A stretch of 64,000 bases of DNA from Paramoeba atlantica (GCA_977017575.1 CDRNVI010000163.1:134518-198517), one strand, 5' to 3'; numbered from the stretch's first letter, positions 23,730 to 36,075 are shown. The notes: generated by a model not told the origin, from the letters alone. Numbers and translations: made by a program.

Positions 23730-24167
23730 CTAGACCAAGAGGGAGATTGAATAAAAAGGACCAGGAGAATCAATCCACATATACTGTCCTTCATCCGAGG
23801 TATTCATTTCGTCAGTACTTGTTGATCTGTGTTTCAACACAGAATTTTTATAAACTTCAAAATAAGTGAATCCAACGCCATCTGTGTTCGTTGTCTCAGC
23901 ATTGAAACCCAATGACTTTAAAGAGATAGAGGAAGTAAACCCCGTCCATTCTTTACACCAATACTCATCCTTTTGCCAACTTCCAGTGGCGACTGAGCGC
24001 TGATCACCATCAACATTAATTAACCAAGTCATCGAAGCACCTCCACACGCAAAGCAAGACCCGGAGTGGGCACAAACCTTGTAATTGTCCAGGGCATTCA
24101 GGCTGTTTATGAGACTCAAGAAGATTGAAAGGCTTAGAAAGAAGGTCAAAACATTCAATCTCAACAT
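23730..24167 (-). CDS. Small secreted Cys-containing protein, paralog 2 (145 aa), possibly PLAT/LH2-like
   Basis: ATG 24167 with a signal peptide. Shares RSVATGSWQKDEYWCK identically with paralog 1. Confidence 0.8.
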   Translation of the reverse strand: MLRLNVLTFFLSLSIFLSLINSLNALDNYKVCAHSGSCFACGGASMTWLINVDGDQRSVATGSWQKDEYWCKEWTGFTSSISLKSLGFNAETTNTDGVGFTYFEVYKNSVLKHRSTSTDEMNTSDEGQYMWIDSPGPFYSISLLV

Positions 24168-24375
24168 CTTGGGAAAAGTCGGAAAAGGGGCGAGAGGGGA
24201 AACGAGAAAGAATAAGAGAGAGAGAGAAAAAAAACGAAGGGAATCCAAAAACGAAGAAAGAAACTTGAAGAAGGAAATAAAGGGGAAAACAAAAAAAACA
24301 AAGAAGGCGAATTGTCAAAAAAATGTGGTGTCCCTTTTGTGGTGTCCCCTCTGATTTTTGTTGTCTGTTTTTTTT

Positions 24376-27300
24376 ATGGCTGAAACTGAATTGGTTTTGA
24401 AGGTAAAAAACTTTTTGTTGTTGTGATCTTTTTTTGAGAGAGAGAGAGAGAGAGAGAAAAGAAAAGTCTATCACTTTTTTTTGAAAAGAGGGAAAACATC
24501 TTCCTGTGAAGAAATTGATATCCTTTTGTCTCGTTTAATTTTTGAATTCTTTTCTTTTTGTTTATTTTTTTATTTTTTTATTTTATTTTTTTATTTTATT
24601 TTTTTATTTGATTTATTTATTTATTTGAGGTGATTGCGCCTTCTTTGAGAGCAGAAAAAGCTGTTCGATTTAAAGCTTCTATTCCTGTTGTCCAAGTTAT
24701 TCAGGTTTTCTTCTCTTTCTCTTTTTTCTTTTTTCTTTAGTTTCTTTTTTTTCTTTTTTTTCTTTTTCAAAGACGATTATGTTTCGATTCTATTTTTTTG
24801 AGAGAATAACCCAGAGAACAATTTAATCAAATCTATTTTATTAATTTATTATTCTTAAAAAAAAAAAAAAAAAAAACAAAAAAGACTGTTGCTCGAAAAT
24901 TCTTTTTAAAAGAACCAGCCCCAGAATCAAAATGGGCTCTTTACTATCCAAAAGGAAGACTTGGATTGGGAGTTTATTTGGACAAATCTGCCACTCTCAA
25001 ATCGTATGGCTTGACGAATCGTGAAACTTTGGAGGTTTTTTTGTTTTATTTTTTTTTTCTTTGAACTGAAAAGAGAGAGAGAGAAGAGAAATAACCGAGA
25101 GATATCATTGAGAATCATTGATAAAAAAAAAATTCTAGACTAAATCATAAATTATTTGTTATTCAATTAGAAATAATAATAATAAGGAAAAGGATAATAA
25201 AAAATTTAAATAAACAAAAAAGAAATAAAAAACCTTTTCGTTTGACACCATATTTCTGATATGCCAGGGGGACAAGCTCCGTAAAAGAAATAATAATTGA
25301 TCAGTAATAATAAGAAATAATAAGAAATAATAAGAAATAATAAGAAATAATAAGAAATAATAAATAATGATAATAAGAAATAAGAAATAATAAAAACAAA
25401 AACAAAAACAGTTTCGTTTGACACCAATAATGCTATACATTTCCGATGGGCCAGGGGGACAAGCTGCTCTCTTTCGAACTGATATGGATGCTCCTCTTCA
25501 AGAGGTTCCTCTCTCTTTCTCTCTCTTTTCTCTTTTTTCTCTTTTTTCTCTCTTTCTCTTTTTCTCTCTTTCTCTCTCTTTATCTTTTTTCTCTTTTTTC
25601 TCTTTTTTCTCTCTTTCTCTTTTTTCTCTCTTTCTCTCTTTTCTCTCTTTATCTTTTTTTCTCTCTTTCTCTCTCTCTCTCTTTTTCTTTTCAATTTCTC
25701 TTTTATTCTCTTAAAAAAAAACCAAAAAAAAAAACCAAAAAAAAAACCAAAAAAAAACCAATTCAATTTTTTTTTTCAAAAAGATATTCAATCGAGTTTG
25801 TGCATCTTTTGGGAGAAAACAAAGAGACAAGTTTTGTTTGTGTGTTTGGGGCTCTTCTTCTGCTTTGTCTCTCTCTTTGTCTTTGAAAGCTCAGCATCTT
25901 CATTCTAGTTCTAAATTATGTGTTTGTTTTTTTTTTTTAAATTTTATTTTTTATTTTTTTATTTTTTTCTTTTAATTTATTTTTCATTTTTTGTTTTTTT
26001 TTTTTGTTAAAGTTTCAATTTTGGTTTTGTTTTAAAGATATTTTTGTTTTTATTTTTATTGAATAAAAAAGACAGCTCCAAAAAAAAGGGAAAAAATTGA
26101 AAGCAAAACTTGAAGATCTTCAAAAATTGTATTTCCTTCTTTTTCTTTCTTTTTTTTTTCGCTTTCTCTTTCATTTTCTTTTTCTTTTTCTTTCTTTTTC
26201 TTTCTTTTTCTTTCTTTTCACTCACAGTTAAAAAATAAAGAAATGAACAAACCGAAATGCAAAGAGGGCGCGCTAATTCCGATGCAATTGATCTTGAGGT
26301 TTCTTTTTCTTTCTTTCTCTCTTCTCTCATTTTCTCATTCTTTCGTTCTCTCATACTCTCTTCTCTCTTCTCTCTTCTCTCATCTCTCATCTCTCTTCTC
26401 TCATCTCTCTCTCTTCTCTTTCTAATTTTCAATCTTGAAAAACAAAATAGAAAGCGAGGTTTGGTGTGGCGCTCGATGTTGCTCTTTCAAGAGATTGTAC
26501 AATTGCTCATGCTGAACTTGATGTCCCTTTTGTTATATCTGATTCAGTTTTCTTTCTCTTTCTCTTTCTCTTTCTTTTCTTTTTTTCTTTCTCTCTAACT
26601 CTTTTATTCAGATTGGATATCTTGAAAAAGAGATAAATACTCCAAATCTTTTCTTTGAAAGTGGAGATTTAAATAATCTTGATGATGTTATGAAAATGTA
26701 TAATGCAGGTTTTTTCTTTTTCTTTTTCTTTTTCTTTTTTATTATTATCCGTTTTTGTTTTTTATTTCGAAAACAAAATTAATAAAAAAAAGTAATAATA
26801 TTTGATTTAATTTTTTTGTTTATTTTATTGGTTGTTATTTCATTCACGATTTTAATGTCAATTCTTCTCTTCTCTTTTCCTCTTTCTCCTTCTCTTTCTC
26901 CCTCCCTCCCTTTCTCCTCCCTCCTCTCTCTCTCTCTCTCTCTCTCCCTCCCAAACAAACAACAAACAACAGGATGCGGAACACTAGAACTAAAACAACA
27001 CACAAAAGACGCGTATGACGTCTGTGATCTTCTCATCTCTTTTCTCGAAAATCTTATTGAACCTCTTCTTACTTATGGTTTGTTTTGTTTGTTTGTTTCT
27101 TTGTTTGTTTGTTTGTTTGTTTGTTTCTTTGTTTCTTTGTTTCTTTGTTTCTTTATTTGTTTTTGTGATTTTTTTGTGATTTTTTTTGTGATTTTTCTTC
27201 TTTTTTTTTTGTGATTTTCTTCTTTTTTGTGATTTTTCTTTTTTTTTTCTGTGGTTTTTAAAATAATAAAATATATTTTTTGTTAATAATAAATAATTTT

Positions 27301-30028
27301 TTCATTAATAAATCAATAAATAAATAATAAATAAATAATAAATAAATAATCATTTTTCAGATCTCATTGCCGCATTTTTGGATGTTGGAATGGACCTCGA
27401 AATAATAGAAAAAGAGAGGCAGAAAGAAGAAGAAGAGAATCCAAAAGAAGAGAGTAAAGAAGAGAGAGGGGGGGAAGAGAGAGAGGGGGAAGAGAGAGAG
27501 GAAGGAAAGAGAGAAGATGTTGGTGATATTGCGAGTTTTATGTCTGTTCTTCCTTCTGTTAATTTGAGTGTTTTGAAATCGATTTGTTTTTTTTTGGAGA
27601 AAATTATTGATGCTCATCCTGGTTTTTTTTAATTTATTTTTTTATTTTTTTATTTGTTTGTTTGTTTATTTGTTTGTTTGTTTATTTATTTATTTATTTA
27701 TTAATAATGTATTTCGATTTTATTTCTTTTAATATCTTTCATTTTATTAATATCTTTTTCATTCTGAGTCATTCTAATTTTCTTTTATCTTTCTCTTTCT
27801 CTTTCTCTTTCTCCTTCTCTTCTTTCTCTTTTCAGGTGAGTCTGAAGATTTGGTATCTGATTTAAGTGCGTTATTTGCTCCAATTTTTTTTCAAACTAAA
27901 AAAGATGAAGATTCTGGCTCTATTCACCTTCACGTTTTTTTTCTTTTCTCCTTTTTTCTCTTTTTTCTCTTTTTTCTCTTTTTTCTCATTTTTTTCTCTT
28001 TTTTTCTCTCTTTCTTTTCTTTTCTTTTCTTTCTTTTCAAAGAAAACAAATAATAAAACCAAATAAAAATAACAGGTCCCAGCAATGTTTCGTATTTCAA
28101 GACTGATGATCTCGGAATGCCATGAAATATTTGATCAAGTTTGTTTTTTGACACTTCCCAAAAGAAATGAGAGAAAATAAATTGTTAATAATTAAATAAA
28201 GAATTAAAATAATAAATAGGAATAAAAAAAGAAGAAGAATTGTAAGAAATAAATCAGAATAGTAAACAAATAAAATTTTCAGATAAATAAGTTAATTAAA
28301 ATAAAATAATACAAAAAGAGAAATCAAAAAAACTCAATAGAAAAGGAAAGACTTCAAAGAGAATAACAATAAACAAACAAACAAACAAATAAATAAATAA
28401 AAATAATAAAATAATAAAATAATTTTATAAAATAACTAATACAAACTAACACAAAAATTAGGTAATAGAAGAAAGACAAAATAGATCAATAGAAAAGGGA
28501 AGACTTCTTGCTGTTTTTGAATTTAATGGAACTGATCCTTCTGAATTGTCTCTTTCTGTTGGTCAAATGATTCGTGTTTTAGATCAGAATCCTAGGTTTT
28601 CTTCTCTTCCCTCTCTCTCTTCTCTCTCTTCTCTCTCTCTCTTCTCTCTCTCTCTCTCTCTCTCTTCTATTTAAAAGAGAAGACTTCTTGCTGTTTTTGA
28701 ATTTAATGGAACTGATCCTTCTGAATTGTCTCTTTCTGTTGGTCAAATGATTCGTGTTTTAGATCAGAATCCTAGGTTTTTTTCTTCTCTTCTTTCTCTC
28801 TCTTCCCTCTCTCTCTTCTTTCTCTCTCTTTTCTCTCTTTTTCTTTTCTTTCTCTTTTTCTCTCTTCTCTCTCTTTCCCTCTGGTTGTAGAACAGAATCC
28901 TAGGTTTTTCTTTTCTTTTTTTCTTCTCTTTTTCATTTCCTCCCTTTCATTCTCGCCCTTTTTCAACTCACATTTTTTCCTTCCTATCATTCAGTGGATG
29001 GTGGGTCGGGGAAGTCAATGGAGAAACTGGTTTATCTTCTTTCCTTTCTTTCCTTTTTGATTATCCTTCTCATTTCTCTCTTTCTCTCTCTCTTTCTCTC
29101 TCTCTCAGGTTCTTTTCCTGTAACATATTGCGAAGAAATCTCAGTGGCTGAATCTCTTCGTCTCAGCTACCAATCTCGAAAGAAAAGGGGAAAGAAAGGA
29201 GAAGGGAAAGAAGAGGGGAAGGGAGAGGGAGAGAAAGAAGGAGAGAAAGAAGGAGAGAAAGAGGGGGAGGGAGAAGGAGGAGGGAAAGAAGAAGGAAGAA
29301 AGAAGGAGGAGAAAGCAGGAGAGGAGAAGGGGGAGAGAGAAGGGGGAGAGGGGGCAGGAGGAGAAGGGGAGAAAGGAGGGGGAAAGGGAGAGAGAGAGAG
29401 AGAGAGAGAGGGAGAAGGAGAAGGAGAGGGGATAACTGGAGAGGGAGAAAGAGAATGGGGAGAGGGAGAGGGAGAGGGAGGAGATTGGGGAGAGGGAGAG
29501 GGGTGTTATGAGCAATATGAAGGAGAGGGAGGAGAGGGAGAGAGAGAGGGAGGAGGAGAAGGAGAAGGAGAAGAGGGGTATGAAGAAGAATGGGGTTGGG
29601 AAGAAGAGTTTGAGGGGTATGAAGAAGAATGGTGGGAAGAAGAAGGATTTGAAGAAGGAGAGGGCGGATTTGAAGAAGAGGGGGAATATGTGGAGGGGGA
29701 ATATTATCTTGAGGAAGGAGGAGAGGGAGAGGGGGAGAGAGAGGGGGAGAGAGAGGGGGGGAAAGAGGGAGAGGGGAGAGAAGAAGAGATAGAAGAAGAG
29801 ATAGAAAGAAAGAAAAAGCTCACAGAAAGAGAGATGGAGAGAAGAGAGAGAGTAAATCAGAAAAGAATTGATTTTTGGAATGTTTCTGAGGAGTCGCAGT
29901 GGGACACAGAAACGGATGTTGAAAAATTGAGAGAATTACTTAAACAAGAAAGAAAATTGAGAATAGAAGCAGAGGAAAGAGAGAAAGCGATGTGTGTTAT
30001 GGTTCGAGTTGTTCGACAAAAGAAATAA
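24376..30028 (+). CDS. Talin-F0/F1-like ubiquitin-fold domains + RhoGAP-fold domain (catalytically degenerate) + SH3 + Gly/Glu-rich acidic tail; about 14 exons
   Basis: Spliced exons give MAETELVLK|[14 protein letters not shown]; [35 protein letters not shown]; RFGVALDV...VPFVISDS|[18 protein letters not shown]; [23 protein letters not shown]; [19 protein letters not shown]; [31 protein letters not shown]|[12 protein letters not shown]|[11 protein letters not shown]. Confidence 0.8.
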
Positions 30029-30187
30029 GAAAAGAAAAAGAAAAAGAGAGAGAGAGAAGAGAAACTTCAAAAATTTGTAAATAATTCTTTTCAGAAATTC
30101 TTTTCGAGAAAGAAAAAAAAGAGAATGAAATTTTTTTTTTAAATAATTCTTATTAAAAAAAAAAAAAGAAAAAAGAATCTTTGAGAT

Positions 30188-33100
30188 TTAATTTTGTTTA
30201 TTCTTTGAACCAGAACGCCAGATTGTGACAGCCATCTTTCTGCAAAGAATTGTCCCAAAATATAACAATGGCATCACCTTTTCACAAAATTGTTAATTTT
30301 ATTATTTAATTTTATTTAATATTGAATTAAAATTTTTGTTCATCTTTGTTTGTAATATTGAATTCAATATTATTATTTATTAAATTAAAGGAGGAAAAGA
30401 AATAGAAAAGAAAGAAAGAAAAGAGAGAGGAGAGAGAGAGAGAGAGAAGAGGAGAGAAGAGAGAGAAAGAAGAGAAGAAAACCTTAAGACGATAAAATTG
30501 ACCTTGAAGAAGAGAGAGAGGAGGAGGTTCAAGCATAAAATTTACATTTTGTTCGCTTATTAACGCCAATGGTAACTAAATTTTTTTATTCATAAAATTT
30601 ATTGAAAAGAAAGAGAATTAAAAAAAAAAATCCATTTTAATTTTTAATCTTTCTCTTACTCTCTCTTTTCTTTTTGCTCTCTTCCAATTCTTCTTTCTTT
30701 TCTCTCATTCAATTCTTCTTTGTCTTCTCTTCTCTTTTTCTCTTTTTCTCTTTTTCTCTTTTTCTCTTTTTCTCTTTTTCTCTTTCTTTTATTTATGAAA
30801 TACCTCAACATTATAAGCATAGAGTGTCCCAGCACTAATACACGTATTGTAAAGCATAAATCTGAAAGAGAGAAGAGAGAAAGAGAAAAGAAACATTAAA
30901 GGCGGGAAAAGAAAAAGAGAGAGAAGAGAGAGAGAAAAGAGAGAAAGAGAGAGAGAGAGAGAAAAGAGAGAGAGAAAAAACCTTTTCTGAGAACTATCTT
31001 GATCTGTTTGTTTAGTACCATCATAATTGTCATCTCTTGGATCAATAATATGAAAATACTGAAAAAAATCATGATCAAAAAAGAGAAACGAAAAGAAAGA
31101 GAAATGAAAATAAAGAAAAAACAAAAAACAAAAAACAAAAAACAAAAAACAAAAAACAAAAAAAACAACAAAAAAAAGACAACAAAAAACAAAAACAAAA
31201 CTCGACTAAAAGAAGCCCACAAAGGAACAACAGCGAGCAATATGATGACACCAAAAAACAAAAAAAAAAACAAAAAAAAAACAAAAAAAAAACAAAAAAA
31301 AAACAAAAAAAAACAAAAAAAAAACAAAAAAAACAAAAAAAAACAAAAAAAAAAAAAACAAAAAACAAAACTCGACTAAAAGAAGCCCACAAAGGAACAA
31401 CCGCAAGAGCAATATGATGACACCAAAAAACAAGAATCTTCATCTCGTCCAATTGTGCCATTCCGTGAATTGTAATGTGTTGTGATGCAGCGTGCTTTTT
31501 TTTTTTGAATGGAAAGAGAGGAAAGAGAGGAAAGAGAGAGAAATGGGTCAGGCAAGGAAGGAGAAAGAGGAGAGAGAGAGAGGGAGGGAGGGAGAGAGAG
31601 GGAGAGGAATGAGAAAAGGAAGAGGAGATGGTGAAATGAGAGGAGGGATGAGAGGAGAGAGAGAAGAGAGAAGAGAGAAAAGGAAAAGAAGATAGCGAAA
31701 TGAGAGAAGGAATGAGAGAGGAGAGAGAGAGAAAAAAAAACCTCATCAGCATCCTCAGGAATAAAAGATTCTAAAGAGGGAAAATGTGAACAAAAAATGT
31801 GAACAAAATAAAAAAAAAAATGTGAAAATAAAAATGATCAAATTAGAAGAGAAGAATTTTCTACAAAGAACAAAGAAAAGAAAGAAAAATAAGAAAAGAA
31901 GAGAAAGAAAGAAAGAAAAACCAGGAAAAAGATAAGCAACAGTCATAGCAACAAGATCAAATTGATACATATAAATCACCAAATTGAAAAGAAAACACGA
32001 TCGTCGATAATTTGAACTATTTTTTAAAAAAAATCAAAAAAGTGTCACAACAAAAAGTGTCAAAGATGCCAAAAAAAAAAAGGAAATTAAAATCAAAGAT
32101 AAACTTAATATTAAAAAGAATACAATTAGCATGACAAGGAAAAGCCAAATCATAATGATAAAAATAAAAATAAAAATAAATATTTTAAATAAAATAAAAC
32201 AAATTAAATTAAAAACAAAATAAAACAAAATATAAAAAATAATAATAAAACCTTCTAATAAAAACAGCATAAAGAAGAATGATAGTAATAGCATGACAAG
32301 GAAAAGCCAAATTATAATGATAAAAATAAAATAAAATAAAATAAAATAAAACAAATTAAATTAAAAATAAAATAAAATAAAAAAATACCTTCTAATAAAA
32401 CAGCATAAAGAAGAATAATAGTAATAGCATGACAAGGAAAAGCCAAATTATAATGATAAAAATAAATTAAATAAAAATAAAATAAATAAAATAAAATAAA
32501 ATAAAATAAAATAAAATAAAATAAATAAAAATAAAATAAAATAAATTAAAATAAAAAAAAACCTTCTAATAAAAACAGCATAAAGAAGAATAATAGTAAT
32601 AGCATGACAAGGAAAAGCCAAATTAACTAAATAGATCCACCCTCTCATCGCTTTATCCACAATTTGCCAAATTTCTGTATTTTATTATTTATTATTTTTT
32701 GTTTTTTATTTAATTGATTATCCCTTATTTATTATTTCTTTTTTCTTATTTATTATTTATGATTTATTATTTTTCCAAATTTCTTTTGATGTGTTGAATT
32801 TTCCTTTCTTTTCTTTTCTTTTCTTTTAATTCAACCAACAAAAACCATACCAGTAAAGGTTAAAAGAAAAATTGAAGAAAGAAACAAATAAGAGAGAGGT
32901 TGGTCAGGTTTTGATGGAACCATCTTCGTTTTGAATTTCTATTCTCAAAAAGAATTATTTTTCAGAAAAATAATTTCTGTTTTTTTTTTTTTTAATTCGA
33001 AAAATGAAAAAGAAGTTGAATCAATTTGTTTTGAGATTCATTTTTTTTTCCATTTCCAATAACTTTTTTTCAACTTTGTTTTTTTGTTGAAAAGAAACAG

Positions 33101-33296
33101 AAACAGAAACAAATCTCACCTCCCATGTTGCTACCGATGAGTACAACAGGTACCCAAAAACACTTGTAAAGAGAACAAAATCTAGAATTCAAAAAATATT
33201 TTAATCCACATCCAAAAAAAAGGTAGAGAGGAGAGAAAGAGAGAGAGAAGAGAGAGAGAAACCAAAGGCATTTTGGAGAGAGGAGGGTTGACTCAT
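30188..33296 (-). CDS. TMEM164/YwaF-family multipass membrane protein (putative acyltransferase), about 290 aa, about 11 exons
   Basis: The spliced product contains WIYLVNLAFPCH, FWCHHIALAVVPLW and NVNFMLEPPPLSLLQGQFYRL. These match the TMEM164 LNPCH, QH..VVP and NLNNMLCPA...GPWYR motifs. Confidence 0.65.
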
Positions 33297-33600
33297 AACT
33301 TGACGCCGGAGAAAAAGAAAAGAAACAAAAAAAAAAACGAAAAAAAAACTTCTTTTTTGAGGGTCTGGGGCCTCTCTTTCTCAGAGTCACCGTGTTCAAT
33401 TCTCCAAAAAGATCAAAAAAAATTCTTTTCTGTTTTTTTTATTTGTTTTCTTTTTCCTTTTTTTTTTCTTTTGTTTTTCTGAAAAGATTCCACCCCCTTC
33501 CTCCCAATACTCCCTTCTCTTAACATCATCCCCACAACCAATCCAATCATTCCAATCCTCTTCTCAAACAAAAAAAATCCTCGTCACCCAATCCAAAGAA

Positions 33601-36075
33601 TCAATGACCTCCCCGATCACTCTGAGGAGAGTAATGGTATCCATAGACAGGAGGAGGATAACCAGACGGAGATTGAGGAGGAGTTCCACTTCCACTATAC
33701 ATCATAGCAGGATTCACTCCACCTCCGGCTGGGTTCATCCCACCTCTTACATTTGGAGGAGGATATGGTGTGGGGTGGGAAGGTGATCCTGGTTGCTGTG
33801 AGAAAGAGAGGGAAAGAGTCATGAGTTTGAATTCTACACAAACAATAAATTTCTATAAAAAAAAAAGACTCACCCCATAAGGTTGTGGAGGAACCATCAT
33901 TGGTCCACCATACATCTGATGGGGAGGAACTCCTCCCCTTGACATTTGATGGCCTCCTGGCGGTCCTCCGCGTGGTAACCCTCCAGCAGGTCCTCCAGGA
34001 GGGTAATCAGGAACCACAAAAGGATATGGTCCCCCTCCTGATTCTCCATATCCTATTTGGAAGGAAGGAAAATGGTGAGAAAACCCGGATAATAATTAAA
34101 TGAAAATTGAAAAATAAAAAAGAATTCAATTTTAAAAACCTGCGCCAGGGTCAGCAGGATGAAAACCACCTCCCGGAAATTGAGAAGGGACATGTGTTGT
34201 TGGCAGTGACTCCAACACATCCAATTCAAAAGGATTGAAATCGTCTGCATCCGCCCTCATTGCCTTCATAGATAACGATAACGATTTTGGTTTTTCTTTC
34301 TCATCTCCCTCTTTTTCTTCTGATTCTGTTTTACTTGAAGAAGGAGTAGATCCTGATCCACTTGTCTCTGAATCTTTATTTGGTGATGATGAAGCACTTT
34401 CTTCAACCCCTTTCGTTCCTTCTTCTTTCTGGGATTCATCATTTTTCTCTTCCTTTGCAGTCTCCCCTGTCTTAGCTGTTTCTTGATTTTCATCCTGACG
34501 GATAACACCGCTATATAAATCTTCTTCATCCATGTCATTTTGAATCTTTTGTCCTCTTTCTTCTTGTAAATGGACATTCTGTGTTGAGTAAAAATGAGAA
34601 GAAAAAAAAGGAAGAAGAGTGACGAGAGTTTTTGTTGTGAGAAAAACAAAGAAAAGTGCAATTAATTCTGAAGAGGTTTGATTTTTTTTTTAAAAAAAAA
34701 ATACTTGGGAAGATTGAGAATAAATTTCTTTGGCGATTCGTTCAGCTTCTGCTTCCTTTTGTCTGTATTGATCACTCTGTTTGTCCAATGGTGTAGTATA
34801 AATTTCCTCCTTTAAAAATGAAATGAGAAAAAATGTGTGTTGTGCACACAACACAAGAAAGAAAGAAAGAAAGAAAAAAAAAGATTAAAAATAAGATTGA
34901 AAAAAAGATTGGAAAAAAGGGAAAAGAGATGCATTTCCAAACAAACAAACAAAAACCTGAAAAGAAGTTTCAACACCAAAAAGTTCTTTATTCGCAGAAA
35001 ATTGATCCCAAGGACCAGAAGAGTCACCACCTTCAATTCCACCACTTAACCAAGTTGCCGAAGTTGCCGAAGTTGCCTCAGTTGGAGCCCAAGCAACAAG
35101 TTCTCTATCTTTTGTTCCTTTCACTCCTTTTGATTTGATTTGATCAAAAATTGTGATTTAATAATAATAATAATAAAATAATTATTATTAAAGAATAATT
35201 ATTAAAATTCGGTGATTTTTCACTTCTTTTTTAAAAATAAATTGATGAGAGAAACAAACCACTAATGGCAGAGTCAGTTAAAAATCCACCTCGAAGATCT
35301 CTGACTCCTCCTTCTGTTGGTTGCGCTTTCCATCGAACGTCTTTCACTATTTTTTGAATCAGTTTTTTCTGGTTTTTCTTTTCAATTGTCAGTTTATAAA
35401 GAAAAAAGAATAAGACCTTGCAAATGACGAATCATTGATGGCCAAAGAACAAGTGACTCAAGGGGACGTTTCAAGATATCGCTTTCATCATCTGATTCTT
35501 TTTTTGCCATTTTTAATCCAAAGGCCATTCCCTCTTCTCCCCCATATCTCTTTCCTTGGACAGAAACTCCTGAATGGAGAATTCCCTGAAAGAACAAAAA
35601 ATTAGAATGAGGTTGAAGAAGATCTTTGTCAGTTTTTCAAAAACAAAACCGAAAAAAAAAAAAAAAAAAAACGCTCACTGAAATTGAAATTAGACAAAAT
35701 ATACCTGATAGACAGACCCATCAGAGAGAGAAACAATCACAGTTTGACCAACAAGCAAACAAATAAGTCTTGTCATTCTTTCTTTGAGCGAAAGTGGGCC
35801 TCCTTGTCCTTGTGTTTGACCTTGACCTTTTTTGAGATCATTTGTAATGAGTGGTTCTGTAAACAACTTTTTTTTTGAAAAGAAGAAGAAAAACAAAAAC
35901 CTTCAAAATTACCAGGTGGTGGTCGTCCAGAAAAAGAACCTCCACTTCCTTTTCTTTCTGCAGGAGATCCATTGTTTCTTCGATCACCACTATTTCTTGG
36001 CCCACCACCCGCGACAGGATTCGCATTTCTCCCACCCCTTCGATCTCGTGAGCCTCTTCGATAGGGTTGTGACAT
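33601..36075 (-). CDS. ATXN2: Ataxin-2/Pbp1-like protein (Lsm, LsmAD, PAM2-like, Pro/Gly-rich tail)
   Basis: MSQPYRRG start; Lsm RMTRLICLLVGQTVIVSLSDGSVYQ|GILHS; GFLTDSAIS; LsmAD WDQFSANKELFGVETSF and DEEDLYSGVIR; PAM2-like MRADADDFNP. The exact 3' end is uncertain. Confidence 0.85.
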
